A stretch of DNA of 64,000 nucleotides from the human T2T-CHM13v2.0 reference genome, Homo sapiens, in assembly GCF_009914755.1 (NCBI RefSeq), contig NC_060932.1. The stretch is one strand, 5' to 3'. A model generated the notes under the pieces. That model was not told the origin of the DNA and made no database searches. It worked only from the letters and a program-made list of their open reading frames with translations. Shown one piece after another: positions 27,608 through 41,169 of the stretch. The first letter of the stretch is position 1. Each line of letters begins with the position of its first letter. A program made the translations under genes and the position numbers.

Positions 27608-27658
27608 ATCATGAAGAATGCAGGGTGGGGGAGGGGGAGCCATCCCCACTGCACCCAG
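27608..27658 (+). pseudogene. GULOP: Candidate 3' half of GULO exon 11
   Basis: ATCATGAAGAA...CCCCACTGCACCCAG|GTAGGG translates IMKNAGWGRGSHPHCTQ against recalled IMKKFGGRPHWAK. Position between exons 10 and 12 and the phase-0 donor both fit. Confidence 0.5.
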
Positions 27659-28286
27659 GTAGGGCTGCGGGTGAGAGCCTCGCGGAGCGGCGGGGCAGCT
27701 GCGGTGCACCATGCACTACCATGTCCAGCAGAGGGCACTGCTCTTCCCTGTGCCTCTGCCACCCCCGGGGCTGACCCAGGAGATGCAGGGCTGAGCCCCA
27801 ACTACCCTTCTACCCTCTCTTGGGTTCTTGTTCCAACAGCGCAGTGACTGCGATGCACTCAGAGTTTTCAGAGAAATTTCTCATCTTTCAGTCTATTTGA
27901 TTATCATAGAAACCCAATGAGCAGGATAAGGCATCATGAGTCCATTGAACAGATAAGAAAGTGAAGGTCTCTCAGAGGGGACAGGACTTACATATTAATT
28001 AGCAGTGGAAATAGGGCCAGAGCCTCCTCCACTATGTATCACACTGCTGATTGCAATAGAAATAGGGAGGTCAGTGCTGCATTTTAACATCCCCCTTCTT
28101 TACTGTCTAAAACGCTCCTCCATTCTATTGGGATCTCTACATTGTGTGTGTGTGTGGTGCACACATGTTTGTCTCAGGGCACTAGTGTCACACATGGAGG
28201 CTCCTGGACACAGGTGTGCCTGGTTTGCAGCCCTGCTGACATACCAGCCCTGGGACCAGGCCCGTTGCACCTGGTTGCTTCTACAG

Positions 28287-28415
28287 GTGCCACACTGTAC
28301 CTCAAAGAACTTTGAGAAAATGCATCCTGCCTTCCCAAAGTTCTGTGCCATCTGAGAAAAGCTAGAACCCACTGGGATGTTCCTAAATTTGTATTTGGAG
28401 AAGGTGTTCTACTGA
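28287..28415 (+). pseudogene. GULOP: GULO pseudogene exon 12 (last coding exon) remnant
   Basis: CTACAG| then 129 nt reading [41 protein letters not shown] against recalled [42 protein letters not shown]. The premature TGA is at 28353-28355. Confidence 0.96.
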
Positions 28416-29021
28416 AGTCAGAGCAGAAAACAAGCTACCCTCATGCTCTCCCCAGGCCTCCCTTGATGAGGGTGGAGCCCCAGCATCCCATTGGCCCAAG
28501 GATGGGGGAGCAGATGTCCCCTGCCAACCCCACAGTGATGAACTAGGTCCTGGATAGGGGCCCCCTTTATCCTCCCAATCCCTGCAGCTGGAGGCGGCCC
28601 AGCACCCACATCCCTGTTTACATCTTCAACAGGCACCCCATCCTGCAATCACCACATCCTGTTTTTCCAGGAGAAAGAAGAGCCCTGATATGTTTGTCTA
28701 GAAGGTCAGGGGTTCAGTCACTCACAGATTCCACCTGGGTGTGAAAGTAAAATTTGCAGGGTCTGTAGCCTTGGGGGTTCCCTATCCAGCCCTCTTCAGA
28801 AGGGAGCTCCTTGGCAAATGTTGGAGCACAGGGGTGGTGTGCACCCTGCTCTGATTTCTCTCACCCTTGAGGGTCTCTCAGGTGCTCAGGTGAGAGCCCA
28901 CTCCCCTGGAGCTGCCCTCTTCTAGCAGGGTCTGCCTGGACATCAGCCCTCCCATAGCCTGACCAGCAGCATGTCTATTTCGGGGGTGTTTGGGGAATGG
29001 GACTCTTCTCACCTTCTTCTT

Positions 29022-29027
29022 AATAAA
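29022..29027 (+). terminator. Candidate ancestral GULO poly(A) signal
   Basis: First AATAAA I could find downstream of the GULOP stop (~600 nt). The assignment is inferred. Confidence 0.3.
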
Positions 29028-29309
29028 GACCAAGAATTGATTCCCTCCCTGTCTCCTCTTCTGCACCTCCAAGATTATTCTTTGGGAGCAGGAGGCTCAC
29101 TGATTACCCCAGGAGGCTTCCCTCCTAGGGTACCCAGTCTTGGACTTGCCTAGAAAATGCTTTTCATGTCCCTTTTTTCAAACCTCGTTTCAACTTGCCT
29201 CCGACCTACCATGCCTTGCAGACTTCATGGAGCGCATTCCTTGATCATAGGCCATGCAGCAAGTGCTTGAGGGGAATAAAAAGAACCTTAAGGTAGGTTC
29301 CTACCCTCA

Positions 29310-30270
29310 AGCAATGCATATTTTAATCATTTATCTCATGAGGGATTCATATCCAAAATACCTTGAGAATTCCTACAATTCACCAATGAAAATACAAATG
29401 ACCCAATCAAAAAAGTGGGCAAAAGATTCAAAATAGGCATTTCTCCAAAGAATATAAACAAATGATACTTAAAAACCACATGAAAAGATGCTCAACATCA
29501 CTAGTCATTAGGGAAATGCAAATCAAACTACAATGAGAGACCACACCCCTTAGAATCAATTAAAAAAAAAACAAAAAACAGAAACTAACAAGTGTCTGGT
29601 GAGGATATGGAGAAACTGGAACTCTTTTGCTTTGGGGGTTCCCTCAAAGCACAAATGTAATGGAAATGTAGCAGAAGTGTAGAATGGGGCAGCCACGGCA
29701 GAAAATGGCATGGTGGTTCCTCAAAAAATTAAACATAGAATTCCCATATGATCCATAAATTCTATTTCTGGGTATATACTCAAAATAACTCAAAGCAGGG
29801 TCTCAAAGAGGTGGTTGTACACCCATCTTTATAACAGCATTATTTACAATAGCCAAATGTCTTATCAAGACAAATGGAGGAACAAAATGAGGTATATTCA
29901 TACAATAGTGTTATTCAGGCTTTAGAAGGAGGGAAATTCTGACACATACAATAACAAAATGAACTTTGAGGACATTGTGCAGAGTGAAATAAACCAGACA
30001 CAAAAGGACAAATACTGTGTGATTCCATTTATATGGGGTATCTAGAAGAGTCAAATTCAGAAGCAAAGTAAACAGTGGTTCCCACAGGCTGGAGGTGGTG
30101 GGGAAAGAGGAGTTAGTGTTTAATGGGTACAGAGCTTCAGTTAGGGAAGATGAAAACGTTTTCTGGAGAGGGATGGGGGTGATGGTTGTGCAATAATTGT
30201 AAGGAACTTAAAGTCCTTGAACTGTACACTTAAAGTGCTCACGATGGTGAAATTTAGGTTCTGTATATTT
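29310..30270 (+). mobile_element. L1MB-like 3' fragment
   Basis: Sense L1 motifs (AAAAGATGCTCAACATCACTAGTCATTAGGGAAATGCAAATCAAA, GAACTGTACACTTAAA). Confidence 0.8.
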
Positions 30271-30301
30271 CTATATATTTCTCTATTTCTATTGGGGCAC
30301 T

Positions 30302-30542
30302 AGGACCGGCTACATAATTTGAAGGCCTGCCCAGTGCAAAATAAAAATGGAGGAGCCCTTGTTCCAAAATGTTTAAGAATTTCAAGAGGGTGACAGCAGG
30401 GCATTAAACTGAATGCAGAGTCCTTTGGAGCACTACCCAGGTCATCCTCCATGAAACCGAGTGCAGAGTCCTTTGGAGCATCCCCCATGAGCACAGGGTC
30501 CTTTGGAGCACTACCCAGGTCATCCCTCATGAAGCCAGCCCA
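30302..30542 (-). mobile_element. MER45A-like hAT element with internal tandem duplications
   Basis: GGACCGGCTACATAATTTG...CATGAAGCCAGCCC termini. GTCCTTTGGAGCA occurs three times. Confidence 0.7.
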
Positions 30543-30552
30543 GCTGGGAGGT

Positions 30553-30938
30553 ATGTAACAGTTAGTTTTCTGTGTCAACTTACCAGGCTACAGTACCAAG
30601 TTATTTAATCAAACACCCATCTCCGTGTTGTTGTGAAGATATTTTGTAGATGTGGTTAACAATCAGTTGACTTTAAGTAAAATAAATTATCCTTGATACT
30701 GTGAGTGGATCCTATGAAATCAGTTAAAAGGCCTTAAAATCAAAAATCTAGGTTTTCAGGAGAAGATGAAATTCTGCCTCAAGGCCACAGCACTAACTCA
30801 GCCTGAGTTTCCAGTCTTTGGGGCTGCCCTACGGATTTCGGGCTTGCAAGATTATAATCGTGAGCTAATTCCTAGAAATAACTCTCTTAATAGAAATATA
30901 TATTGGTTCTGTTTCTCTGAAGAACCCTGACTGATACA
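30553..30938. mobile_element. ERVL LTR (MLT2-like)
   Basis: TGTAACAGTTAGTTTTCTGTGTCAACTT...GGTTCTGTTTCTCTGAAGAACCCTGACTGATACA. Confidence 0.75.
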
Positions 30939-31269
30939 TAAGAAAAGAAATGGATTGGTGAAGTTAATAAAAACAAAAGCACAGCAGGCTTTGAAAATCA
31001 TCAAGTCCAAATCACCTGGTTGTTCTGCATATGAGGAAACCAAGGCTCAGAGAAGTGATGAAACTTGTCCAGTGTCACACAGCAAGTTAGGAAAGGCGGT
31101 GTCTTCACACTTCTCCATCAAAGAGTGCCTGGTAGCCGTGTGTTTTCTATAGCTTATATTTTAATTTCTAAACGTCTATGAATTTTGCATTCTATTCCAT
31201 TATATAATTGTGTTTTCCATTTTTAAGTAGTGTTTTATTTTCCAAATCGTTTTCCCTAACATTTCTGCT

Positions 31270-32460
31270 CTAGGAAGGAGTGCCACGCCTGTTCCGCGGA
31301 CTTCTGACCCCGCACACCAACCCGATGGAAGTAGTGAAGACAGTAGGGACGCACAGCACAGTGACTGAAGCCTGAAACCCTGAGGCTCAGTAAAACTTCA
31401 ATTCCTAGAAGCCTAAGGCAATCGAATGTTCTCGAAATAGACCTTCCAGAATCAATGCAATTTTCGGTTCAGCTTTTAGATGCGTATAAGATACTCTTTC
31501 TTTGCTGTGGGATTTTTCTGGTGCTTGAGATCTTCTTTCCCGAGCGTTCTCCTTGCAGAGATCTTTTGATATGGAGCGGCGTGCACGCAGCCCCTAGGTT
31601 GGGCGCTGAGGGGCATCGCTGATGCGATCCACGTGCCTCCCCGTCCTCAGGCCGCTTCCTTTCCTGGTTTCCAGGTCCTCGTTTCTCCCAGCGCTGCCCT
31701 CCCCATCTAAGCCCAAGTCGCCGTGAGCCCGCGCTGCCCCCTTGTGGCCAAAGCCCTCCCCAGCTCAGGAAACGGGAACGCTTGGCGGCCAGGCTGAGAG
31801 TCGGTGCGCGTGACCCGGCTTCTGCTCGCAGCATCCAAGAAGTTGCAATAACGTGGAAGGATGGGGAACGGCGCCTCCCTGGCTAGCGTGAAACTCAGCC
31901 ACAGCACAAAATTGAGGCTGTTGGCCGTGAGCGGCTCTCAAAGCTGAATTTGAGGTAAGAAGTCGCCTGCCAACAGGGCATGCGCAAATCTCACCATGTA
32001 GAGTGAGTGGCTTTCCGGCAGCTTCTCCCCTCCAGGCGGCCACCTGGCCCCACACTCCTCAGGTGCAGGGCCGAGGAAGGGAGGGGTCCAGCTGAGCTCT
32101 GAGCGTCCCAGGGGATACAGCACCTGACCACCACTCAGAAAGCCCCCCCAAAAATACAAAGACAGAGAATTGAAGACAGATGCCACCTCACTTGACTAGT
32201 GGGGATTGGGTGGGGATAGCCCAACATCGGCAGAGCCAACCTGGCCACCTACATGGGAGGGTCCCCGGGGTAAGATGTGGCTTTGTGACCTAAGGAAGGC
32301 GGGTAGGTCGGGCTGACGGGGGAGAGGGGCCAGTGAAGCCCCCATCCCTAGGGACACAGTTCAGCTGAAGGAATCTCACTCTGGGCCTTCACAGGGTTAG
32401 CATCCTGTCGGCCCCTGCGCGGGGCCGGGGGGGCGGGGATTCAGGTGGCCCCTGGTGGCA
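31270..32460. promoter_or_regulatory. CpG-enriched non-repeat segment between GULOP and CLU; candidate enhancer with HSE (31423-31437) and GAS (31402-31410)
   Basis: CpG density is visibly higher than in the flanks. CGAATGTTCTCGAAA fits nGAAnnTTCnnGAAn and TTCCTAGAA fits GAS. Confidence 0.5.
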
Positions 32461-32557
32461 GCTGTCTTAACCCAGGCGAGGCACACAGGAGGACACCAAG
32501 CCCTGGTCTCCAACCTCAACCCTGCACAGCCTGCTAGTCCCACGCTAAAGTGATTGA

Positions 32558-33061
<504 letters not shown>

Positions 33062-33299
33062 AGGTTTGCGGTTACTAGAATGAGGCAAAAGTTGGGAGCT
33101 ATTTCCAAAATGGAAGACTGGAAGACAGAAGAATACCTATGAGTACCCTCATCCCAAAGTCCAGGTGGGGCCTTGAGTCAGTAAAAAGGAAGAATTTCAA
33201 GGCAGTATCTCAGTAAAGATGCACTAAATATCTGAGCCTGGTATATCTTAGTTTCCACCCTGGTTTTCTTCCCCATATGGCAGGGCTTTTAGAGATTAA

Positions 33300-33613
<314 letters not shown>

Positions 33614-33718
33614 CATTTCCAGAAAATTCTAAAACAGACTTACTGACATTTTGGGTTAAAATTTTTGACACACACAAAGTGAGATTATATTGTGTTGTGC
33701 TCAAGGTAATTGCAGTTA

Positions 33719-33910
<192 letters not shown>

Positions 33911-35823
33911 AATGCCTCGTGTTCTCTAAGCATGTGGGCTGGTGATGGGCACAGGTTTCAACGTGGAAAACAAACACCTTCCTTTGACAGTGTCAGTGCA
34001 TCTCTGTGGTTTTATACTCATGTGGTCATTTGTAAATATGTTGAAGTCTTCTTATGAATATGAGGCTGGAGTAAGTGTCCCCCTGTCACCCCCTCCTCAT
34101 GATGAACCTTAAGGATGGGGCTAGTCTTTATAGGATTGGGCACCTGAGCAGGACTAGGGGTGAAGGTGGGGTCCTGGGAGAATGTCTGGCACCAGCTCAA
34201 TGTCATGGTCTTTGTTCCTCTGGGTGCTGGTGGCAACAAATGAGGATAGGCAGGTAGTATTGCTGTACCTCTCCCTGTCCCCTTTCCTACCCTGAGGAAG
34301 TCCCCACCCTGCCTTGGGCTGGACCAGAGCTAGCTAGTGGCAGCTGTTGGACCTCCAGTGAGCTAGCCCTCAGCGTGGCATTGTGGGGGCCAGGGCAAGA
34401 GGAGCTGTCCACACTGTGATGTGGCCCCGGCCAACACTGAGAGATGCCATCATCTAGGAGGATTATGACCAAGGGGCTGGGCTTACAGGTTAACCAGATC
34501 AGCGTAGGAGAAGAGCAAACAAAGAGTTCATTATTAACCTTGTAAATGTGTCCCCCAGGCCTGGCCTTCGCTGCTATCACATCGGCTGACTTAGTAATCA
34601 TTGGTTCTATAATAAACCGTGGAGACCCAAGTCCTCTTTGCATTGTCTCTAGAACTACTGGATACTTCCTGGGTTTGCCACTATCCTATTTTCTAGTGGG
34701 GCCCTGTGATCCCCAGAGACAGACCCGTGTTCATTCTTAGCTTCAGCACTTACCAGTGGCACAACTGCAAAAAAGTGGTCCCTGTTATTCCCACAGCCCA
34801 GCCTCTCTCGGGGTGACCTCGCCCTGGGATGCGTCATGTCTCAGCCTCACGCTTCATTGTGGATAACAGCTCCTGGAACCGGTTTATTGTGGAGGCTCAG
34901 CTCATTTGAAGACACAAACGTGAACCTTTTATTCATTCTAACCAGTGTTCCATCACCTGGTAACATCTCAAGCAGACTCTATTACTTCCAGATAAATCCA
35001 CAGTTAAAAGAACAAGTGGTTTGCTTGAGAATGTCAGGCATTTTCACATCAAAGCACTTTGCCTCCCACTCTGCTGCCACCTATTCTACACCAGAGCTCT
35101 GCTCTGCACACCTGGGTGGCTTCCTGGCTCCCACCCCTTTCCTACTCTGGGCCACTTCACAGTGAGGGATGGGCAACCCTGAAGTCCCTTCAGCAGGCTC
35201 CGTGGGCCACAAAGGCTTGGGGTGGCTGCTCCCCCATTCTGGCCTTCCTAGCCCCAAGACACTTATCTGATGCAGGCTATTCTGGGAAGTCTTTGTAATG
35301 TGGGGAAAGTAACTCCTGCCTTGGAAATAATTATTGAAACCTAGTGAGATTACATGAAGTAATTGGCCCAAGGCCACTGTTTACAGTTGTACAAGCCATG
35401 CACTGCACAACTCCAGCACCGTTTCACCTTGTACCCATGAGAGATTGTATCTTATTACAATTTTCTGGCAGATGACAGTTGAGTGTCAACAGAGGGGCTC
35501 AGCAGGGTTGGTGCTGCCTCCCTTTCCAGACAGATGTCAAATCCCTCTCTTCTCAGCACATCAAGCCCTGCTCCCCCTTTGCCACAAGAGTCCTAGAAGC
35601 CAGACACTAAGGGCTCAGGGTCCGCAGTCCCCCAGGCAGAATTAGCCTCATCTCATCCCCACACCTTGGTGACATCATGTGCTGACTCAGTCTTCCCAGT
35701 GCCTCATGTTGGAACCTCTGTCAGGGATGGAGAGACATCTAAGGACCCCCAACCCCAGGCCACTGTGCAGAGGGGTAAGGAGGTGCAGAGAAGGGGTCTC
35801 AGGAAGCTTTAGAGCCAGCTTTA

Positions 35824-36234
<411 letters not shown>

Positions 36235-36669
36235 CTAGCAACATAACAGTGGAAAAGAAAAAGTAACTTTTGAAACAGTGTGACATTAATGTGACAATGT
36301 GACATATACTTTACAATTATGATCACTTAAGCAAATACCTCTGACCCCATAATTCTAATTAATGTATATCATTAAGTGAATCACACTGACTTTACTCTGA
36401 ATTTCCTTGACAGCCATGCTAAAATACTTACCTTGGACATAAGCTAAGCTTTAAGTTTGTTGTTTATAACTTCAAAGAGAGACAAGGGACAGTGACTTAA
36501 GAATATTCTAAGCTATAAATTTACATGTGGACTTTGCTACACACCTGGGATGCAGCCAGATGAGTTTTGTTCCATTGCAGTACATCTGATGACCAGAATT
36601 CTATCAGAGAATGTTAATGAACGAAAAGCCTGAGCTTTAAGACTGAGATTGGTACCACGGGTAGTCATG

Positions 36670-36699
36670 GCCACCTGCTGGCAGCGTAGGGTACTGCAG
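36670..36699 (-). promoter_or_regulatory. Candidate CTCF site (core plus upstream motif)
   Basis: Minus strand reads CTGCAGTACCC-TACGCTG-CCAGCAGGTGGC. Confidence 0.6.
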
Positions 36700-37359
36700 C
36701 CCAGCTATGGTTCAGACTAAAAGCCGAGAAACGCCTGTGGTCCAGGGAAAGGTATGAAGATCATATAAACCGGCGGTGGACAGGAAATGCCACAGTCAAG
36801 AAGATGCCCCTGGGATGCTGAGCTCTTACAACTCGAAATCAACAGCTTTTACAAATAAAACCGCTGCAAAAGCAATAGCTCTTACAAATAAAACTGATAA
36901 TTTGGACTTCTGGGCACCAAATGTTTTCATAACGAAAACATCAATTATGCATTATAATACCAAGTACACCTTACACTTACTGATTCTTCTCCTTAACTTT
37001 CAGTGTATTCCTTTAGGAGATTGTCGCACCTTGGTCAGAATACATCGACAGTTTTATAATAGAACAGAAAAGCTTCCATTTGCAGCAATATATTTTAGTT
37101 GGCTTGTTGAAACACATCTCTCTTCCTGAAAGCAAGCAATTCTTGAAGTGGATCAACCTTGTCATCATATCCCTTTTATTCTTCACCCTTTTATTCTTCA
37201 CTGGTATGACAGTCCCTATACCATCTTAGCCACTGCTTTTTTGTTTCTACTTATTTTCCATCCCCCCTGCCTGCCCCCCATAGCAAAATGAAGGCATGCC
37301 GGGAAGCAGCAACTCAACATAAAAAGAGGACCCTCCAAGCGATCAGCTCACAAGACAGT

Positions 37360-37365
37360 TTTATT
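37360..37365 (-). terminator. CLU: CLU proximal poly(A) signal AATAAA
   Basis: TTTATT on +, ~225 nt after the stop, followed on the - strand by GT/T-rich sequence. Confidence 0.85.
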
Positions 37366-37587
37366 GAATTAGTTGCATGCAGGAGCAATTCTGTTCTTCC
37401 CATGAGCAGCAGAGTCGAGTGTTAGAGTGCAGGATCCAGAGCGGGGAGAGGCTGGGCGGAGTTGGGGGCCTGGAGGCTGGGGCCTGGTTACTTGGTGACG
37501 TGCAGAGCTCTCTCTGGGGGGCTGCAGCTCATCTTGGGGGGAGCTGGACTCAGATGCCCCCGTAGGTGCAAAAGCAACATCCACATC

Positions 37588-37597
37588 TCACTCCTCC
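37588..37597 (-). CDS. CLU: Clusterin exon 9, coding part (EE*)
   Basis: TTTCAG|GGAGGAGTGA completes the 1350-nt CDS. Confidence 0.95.
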
Positions 37598-37806
37598 CTG
37601 AAATAAAAAACAGTTATCCTCCAAAGTAAAACATCCTCCAAAGGAAAAATAAAATTCCCCCGTAACTTCCTGGCTTTGTTCTTGGGCTCTGGCTCCGGGC
37701 GGAGTCGTTCCCACCAGGCTATAGAGTCTGCACTTTGTTTGTTTTTTTGTGGCTCCCAGAGACTCACTGGGCCCTGCAGGCCCGCAGGAAAGGCCCGCCT
37801 GCTTAC

Positions 37807-37982
37807 CGGTGCTTTTTGCGGTATTCCTGCAGCGCTTTCTCCGCCACGGTCTCCATAAATTTAGGGTTCTTCCTGGAGACTTCTACAGGGACCGTCACAG
37901 TGATGGGATCAGAGTCAAAGAGCTTCACGACCACCTCAGTGACACCGGAAGGAACGTCCGAGTCAGAAGTGTGGGAAGCCAC
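37807..37982 (-). CDS. CLU: Clusterin exon 8 (176 nt)
   Basis: [58 protein letters not shown] with AG/GT boundaries. Confidence 0.97.
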
Positions 37983-38411
37983 CTAAATGGAACAAGAGAA
38001 AAGGGAAGAGCTGAAACACTGTGGTCAAAATGCATGCGCTCTGCAACAGAAGTCAGGCTTCTGATAAGGAAGTCCTCCTGCTTCTCCAAGGAAACCTAGA
38101 GAGCTGACCCCATGCTTCTTATACATCTAGACGTAAGTACAGCTCAGTGGACAGAACGGACCTGGTTCACAGACACTCATGTGTTGGGGCAAATGTCATC
38201 TGCAAATGACCAGCCCAGGGAGCACCCCAAAGAATAAAAGTGGTTTCCAAACATTTGCTTTAGAAGCAGCCCTTGGTCAGAGTAGGGTAGAAAAGGAATC
38301 CAGAGGGCCTGGAGGGAAGAAAGAAAAGAAAAAGAAGAGTTCCCAGTACTAGAAATAAGTTTTATTTGATTTTTTAACTTTATTTTATTATTTTATATAT
38401 ATATATTTTTT

Positions 38412-38694
38412 AAGAGACAGAGTCTCACTCTGTCACCCAGGCTGGAGTGCAGTGGCGTGATCACAGCTCACTGCAGCCTCCACTTCAGGGCTCAGGCAAT
38501 CCTCCCACCTCAGCCTCCTGAATAGCTGGGACTACAAGTGTGTGCCACCACACCTGACTGATTTTTGTATTTTTTGTAGAGAGGGAATCTTGCTGTGTTG
38601 CCCAGGCTGGTCTCAAATTCCTGGCCTCAAGCAATCCTCTTGCCTCTGCCTCCCAAAGTGCTGGGATTACAGGCATGAGCCACCATGTCTGGCC
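38412..38694 (-). mobile_element. Alu (J-like), CLU intron 7
   Basis: Antisense Alu consensus. Confidence 0.88.
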
Positions 38695-39126
38695 TAGAGA
38701 GAAGTTTTTATCACTGGCAGAGAGTGATGTACTAATTCATAAGCCATTTTACATGCCAGAGGGCAGCCTTGTAGCTTTGAGAAAAGAACAGAGGCTTCTG
38801 GTTTATTCACAGATTTGTGCACCAAAACAAAAACAACAACAACAAAATACAGGCTTGGCAGCCAGGCAGTCAGGTTCAAATACCCGTCCAAGTCATCTGT
38901 CAGCTATCACACCTTGGCCAAGCTGTGGAACCTCTCTTACTTTGCTCCTTTGTAAAGCAGGGTTATATTTTCCCTGAGTGGGTGATGAGGCTTCAAGGCA
39001 ACAGGGGCGCCTAAAGTTTTCTATTTTCTGCCGTGTGATAAATGCTCAGTCAAAAGCACACATGCCCCTGCTCCCGATCACAGCTCGGGCTCCCGAGCCA
39101 CAGCATGTGGCCGGGACACAGCTCAC

Positions 39127-39356
39127 CGTGGTGACCCGCAGATAGTACTGGTCTTCGCCTTGCGTGAGGTTTGCCAGCCGGGACACCCAGTTAAACTGCT
39201 CGTTCAGCTGCTCCAGCAAGGAGGAGGTGTTGAGCATCTTCCACTGGTAGGACTTTAGCAGCTCGTTGTATTTCCTGGTCAACCTCTCAGCGACCTGGAG
39301 GGATTCGTCGAGCTCCCGCCGCAGCTTAGCCTGGGAGGGGTTGTTGGTGGAACAGT
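39127..39356 (-). CDS. CLU: Clusterin exon 7 (230 nt)
   Basis: [42 protein letters not shown]...QYYLRVTT with AG/GT boundaries. Confidence 0.97.
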
Positions 39357-39574
39357 CTGCCCAGAGATGGAAGAAACGCAAGTGAGAAGTGTGAAGGGAA
39401 GGCTACAAAGGGATAGAACCATGAATGAATGGAAGTTAGCACATGCAGCGGGAACAAAAGCAGTGCTTCCCTAAGGGAAGGGCCACAAACTGGAATTGTC
39501 CACGACAAAATAAAGGTTTTGCCTCAGAATGTGAATCTAGACACTGCTTCCGTCATCCAGAAAGTCTTTTGGGT

Positions 39575-39870
39575 TTTTTGTTTTTGTTTTTGTTTTTTTG
39601 AGACAGAGTTTTGCTCTGTTGCCTAGGCTGGAATACAGTGGTGAGATCTCGGCTCACTGCAGCCTTGACTTCCCAGGCTCAGGCTGTCCTCCAACCTCAG
39701 CCTCCTGAGTAGCTGGGACTATAGGCACATGCTACCATGCCCAGCTAATTTTTGTATTTTTTGTAGACACGGGGTTTCTCTGTGTTGTCCAGGCTGGTCT
39801 CGAACTCCTGGGCTCAACCCATCTGCCCAAAAAGTGCTGGGATTACTGGTGTGAGCCACCACGCCCAGCC
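39575..39870 (-). mobile_element. Alu, CLU intron 6
   Basis: Antisense Alu consensus. Confidence 0.88.
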
Positions 39871-40305
39871 TGAGAAGCCTTGCTCTGGAAAAATACGCCA
39901 ACTGACCTAAACAGTGTGCTTCGTAACATCATTGATTTATCTTTGGGTGCCAGACCCTTATCTCTTTGGTGACAAACTGTGTTGACCACACTTCCAAAAG
40001 CACTGATCTCAAGTTCTCCATGTTCTCAGACCTGGAGTGGCTCTCGTTGCCCTAGTCCCTCCCGGGAATCATTTCCAGAGAGGAGGAATATTACTCACAG
40101 CTGCCATTCGTGTGGCACTGCCTTCGTCCCAGACACCGCAGAAAGTTCTCTCTGGATATCCTTTTTCTCTAAGAATTGGATCTGTTCTGACTTAAGGATT
40201 AGGACTTAAGTCCTAATTTTACCAATAATGAAATAATTTTTACCAATAATGAAACTGAGGCCCACAGAAGTATCAATAAATAGCTTACCTAAAGCCATAG
40301 AATAA

Positions 40306-40694
<389 letters not shown>

Positions 40695-41169
40695 TCCAAA
40701 CTTGTCTTTTGAGCATGTCTGTAGAGGTGGCAGTTCTGGTGCCAGGAGTTCATGCAGCTGATGCACTGGCACCTGGTGGCCAGGGGTCCTTGCCTGCCCA
40801 CCTGCCCGCCCATGGCTGGTCAGTGAGTTCATCAAGAGAGCAGGGAAAAGAGAATTCATTCCTCTTGGCCCTGGGCTGCAGGTTGTCAGATTCATTAAGA
40901 CCTGGAAACTGTCCACTAGCTCTTAAAACTACTGTTTTTCTCCCCCTAAGGTATTTCAAAAATATCCAGAGGCAGGTACATCAAACGTGAATCAGGGGAA
41001 GGGAGATTTTGCATATGCTTTAGGATGATGACTGCAATCATTTATAGTAAACAAAATGTTAGGTGGGGAAAGAAACAGAATTACTAACAAGATGCCAGTT
41101 TGAAAATAAATATGTAATAAATAAACTTCATTATTTTACCAAAAAAAAATTTAAAAATAAGAAAAACTA

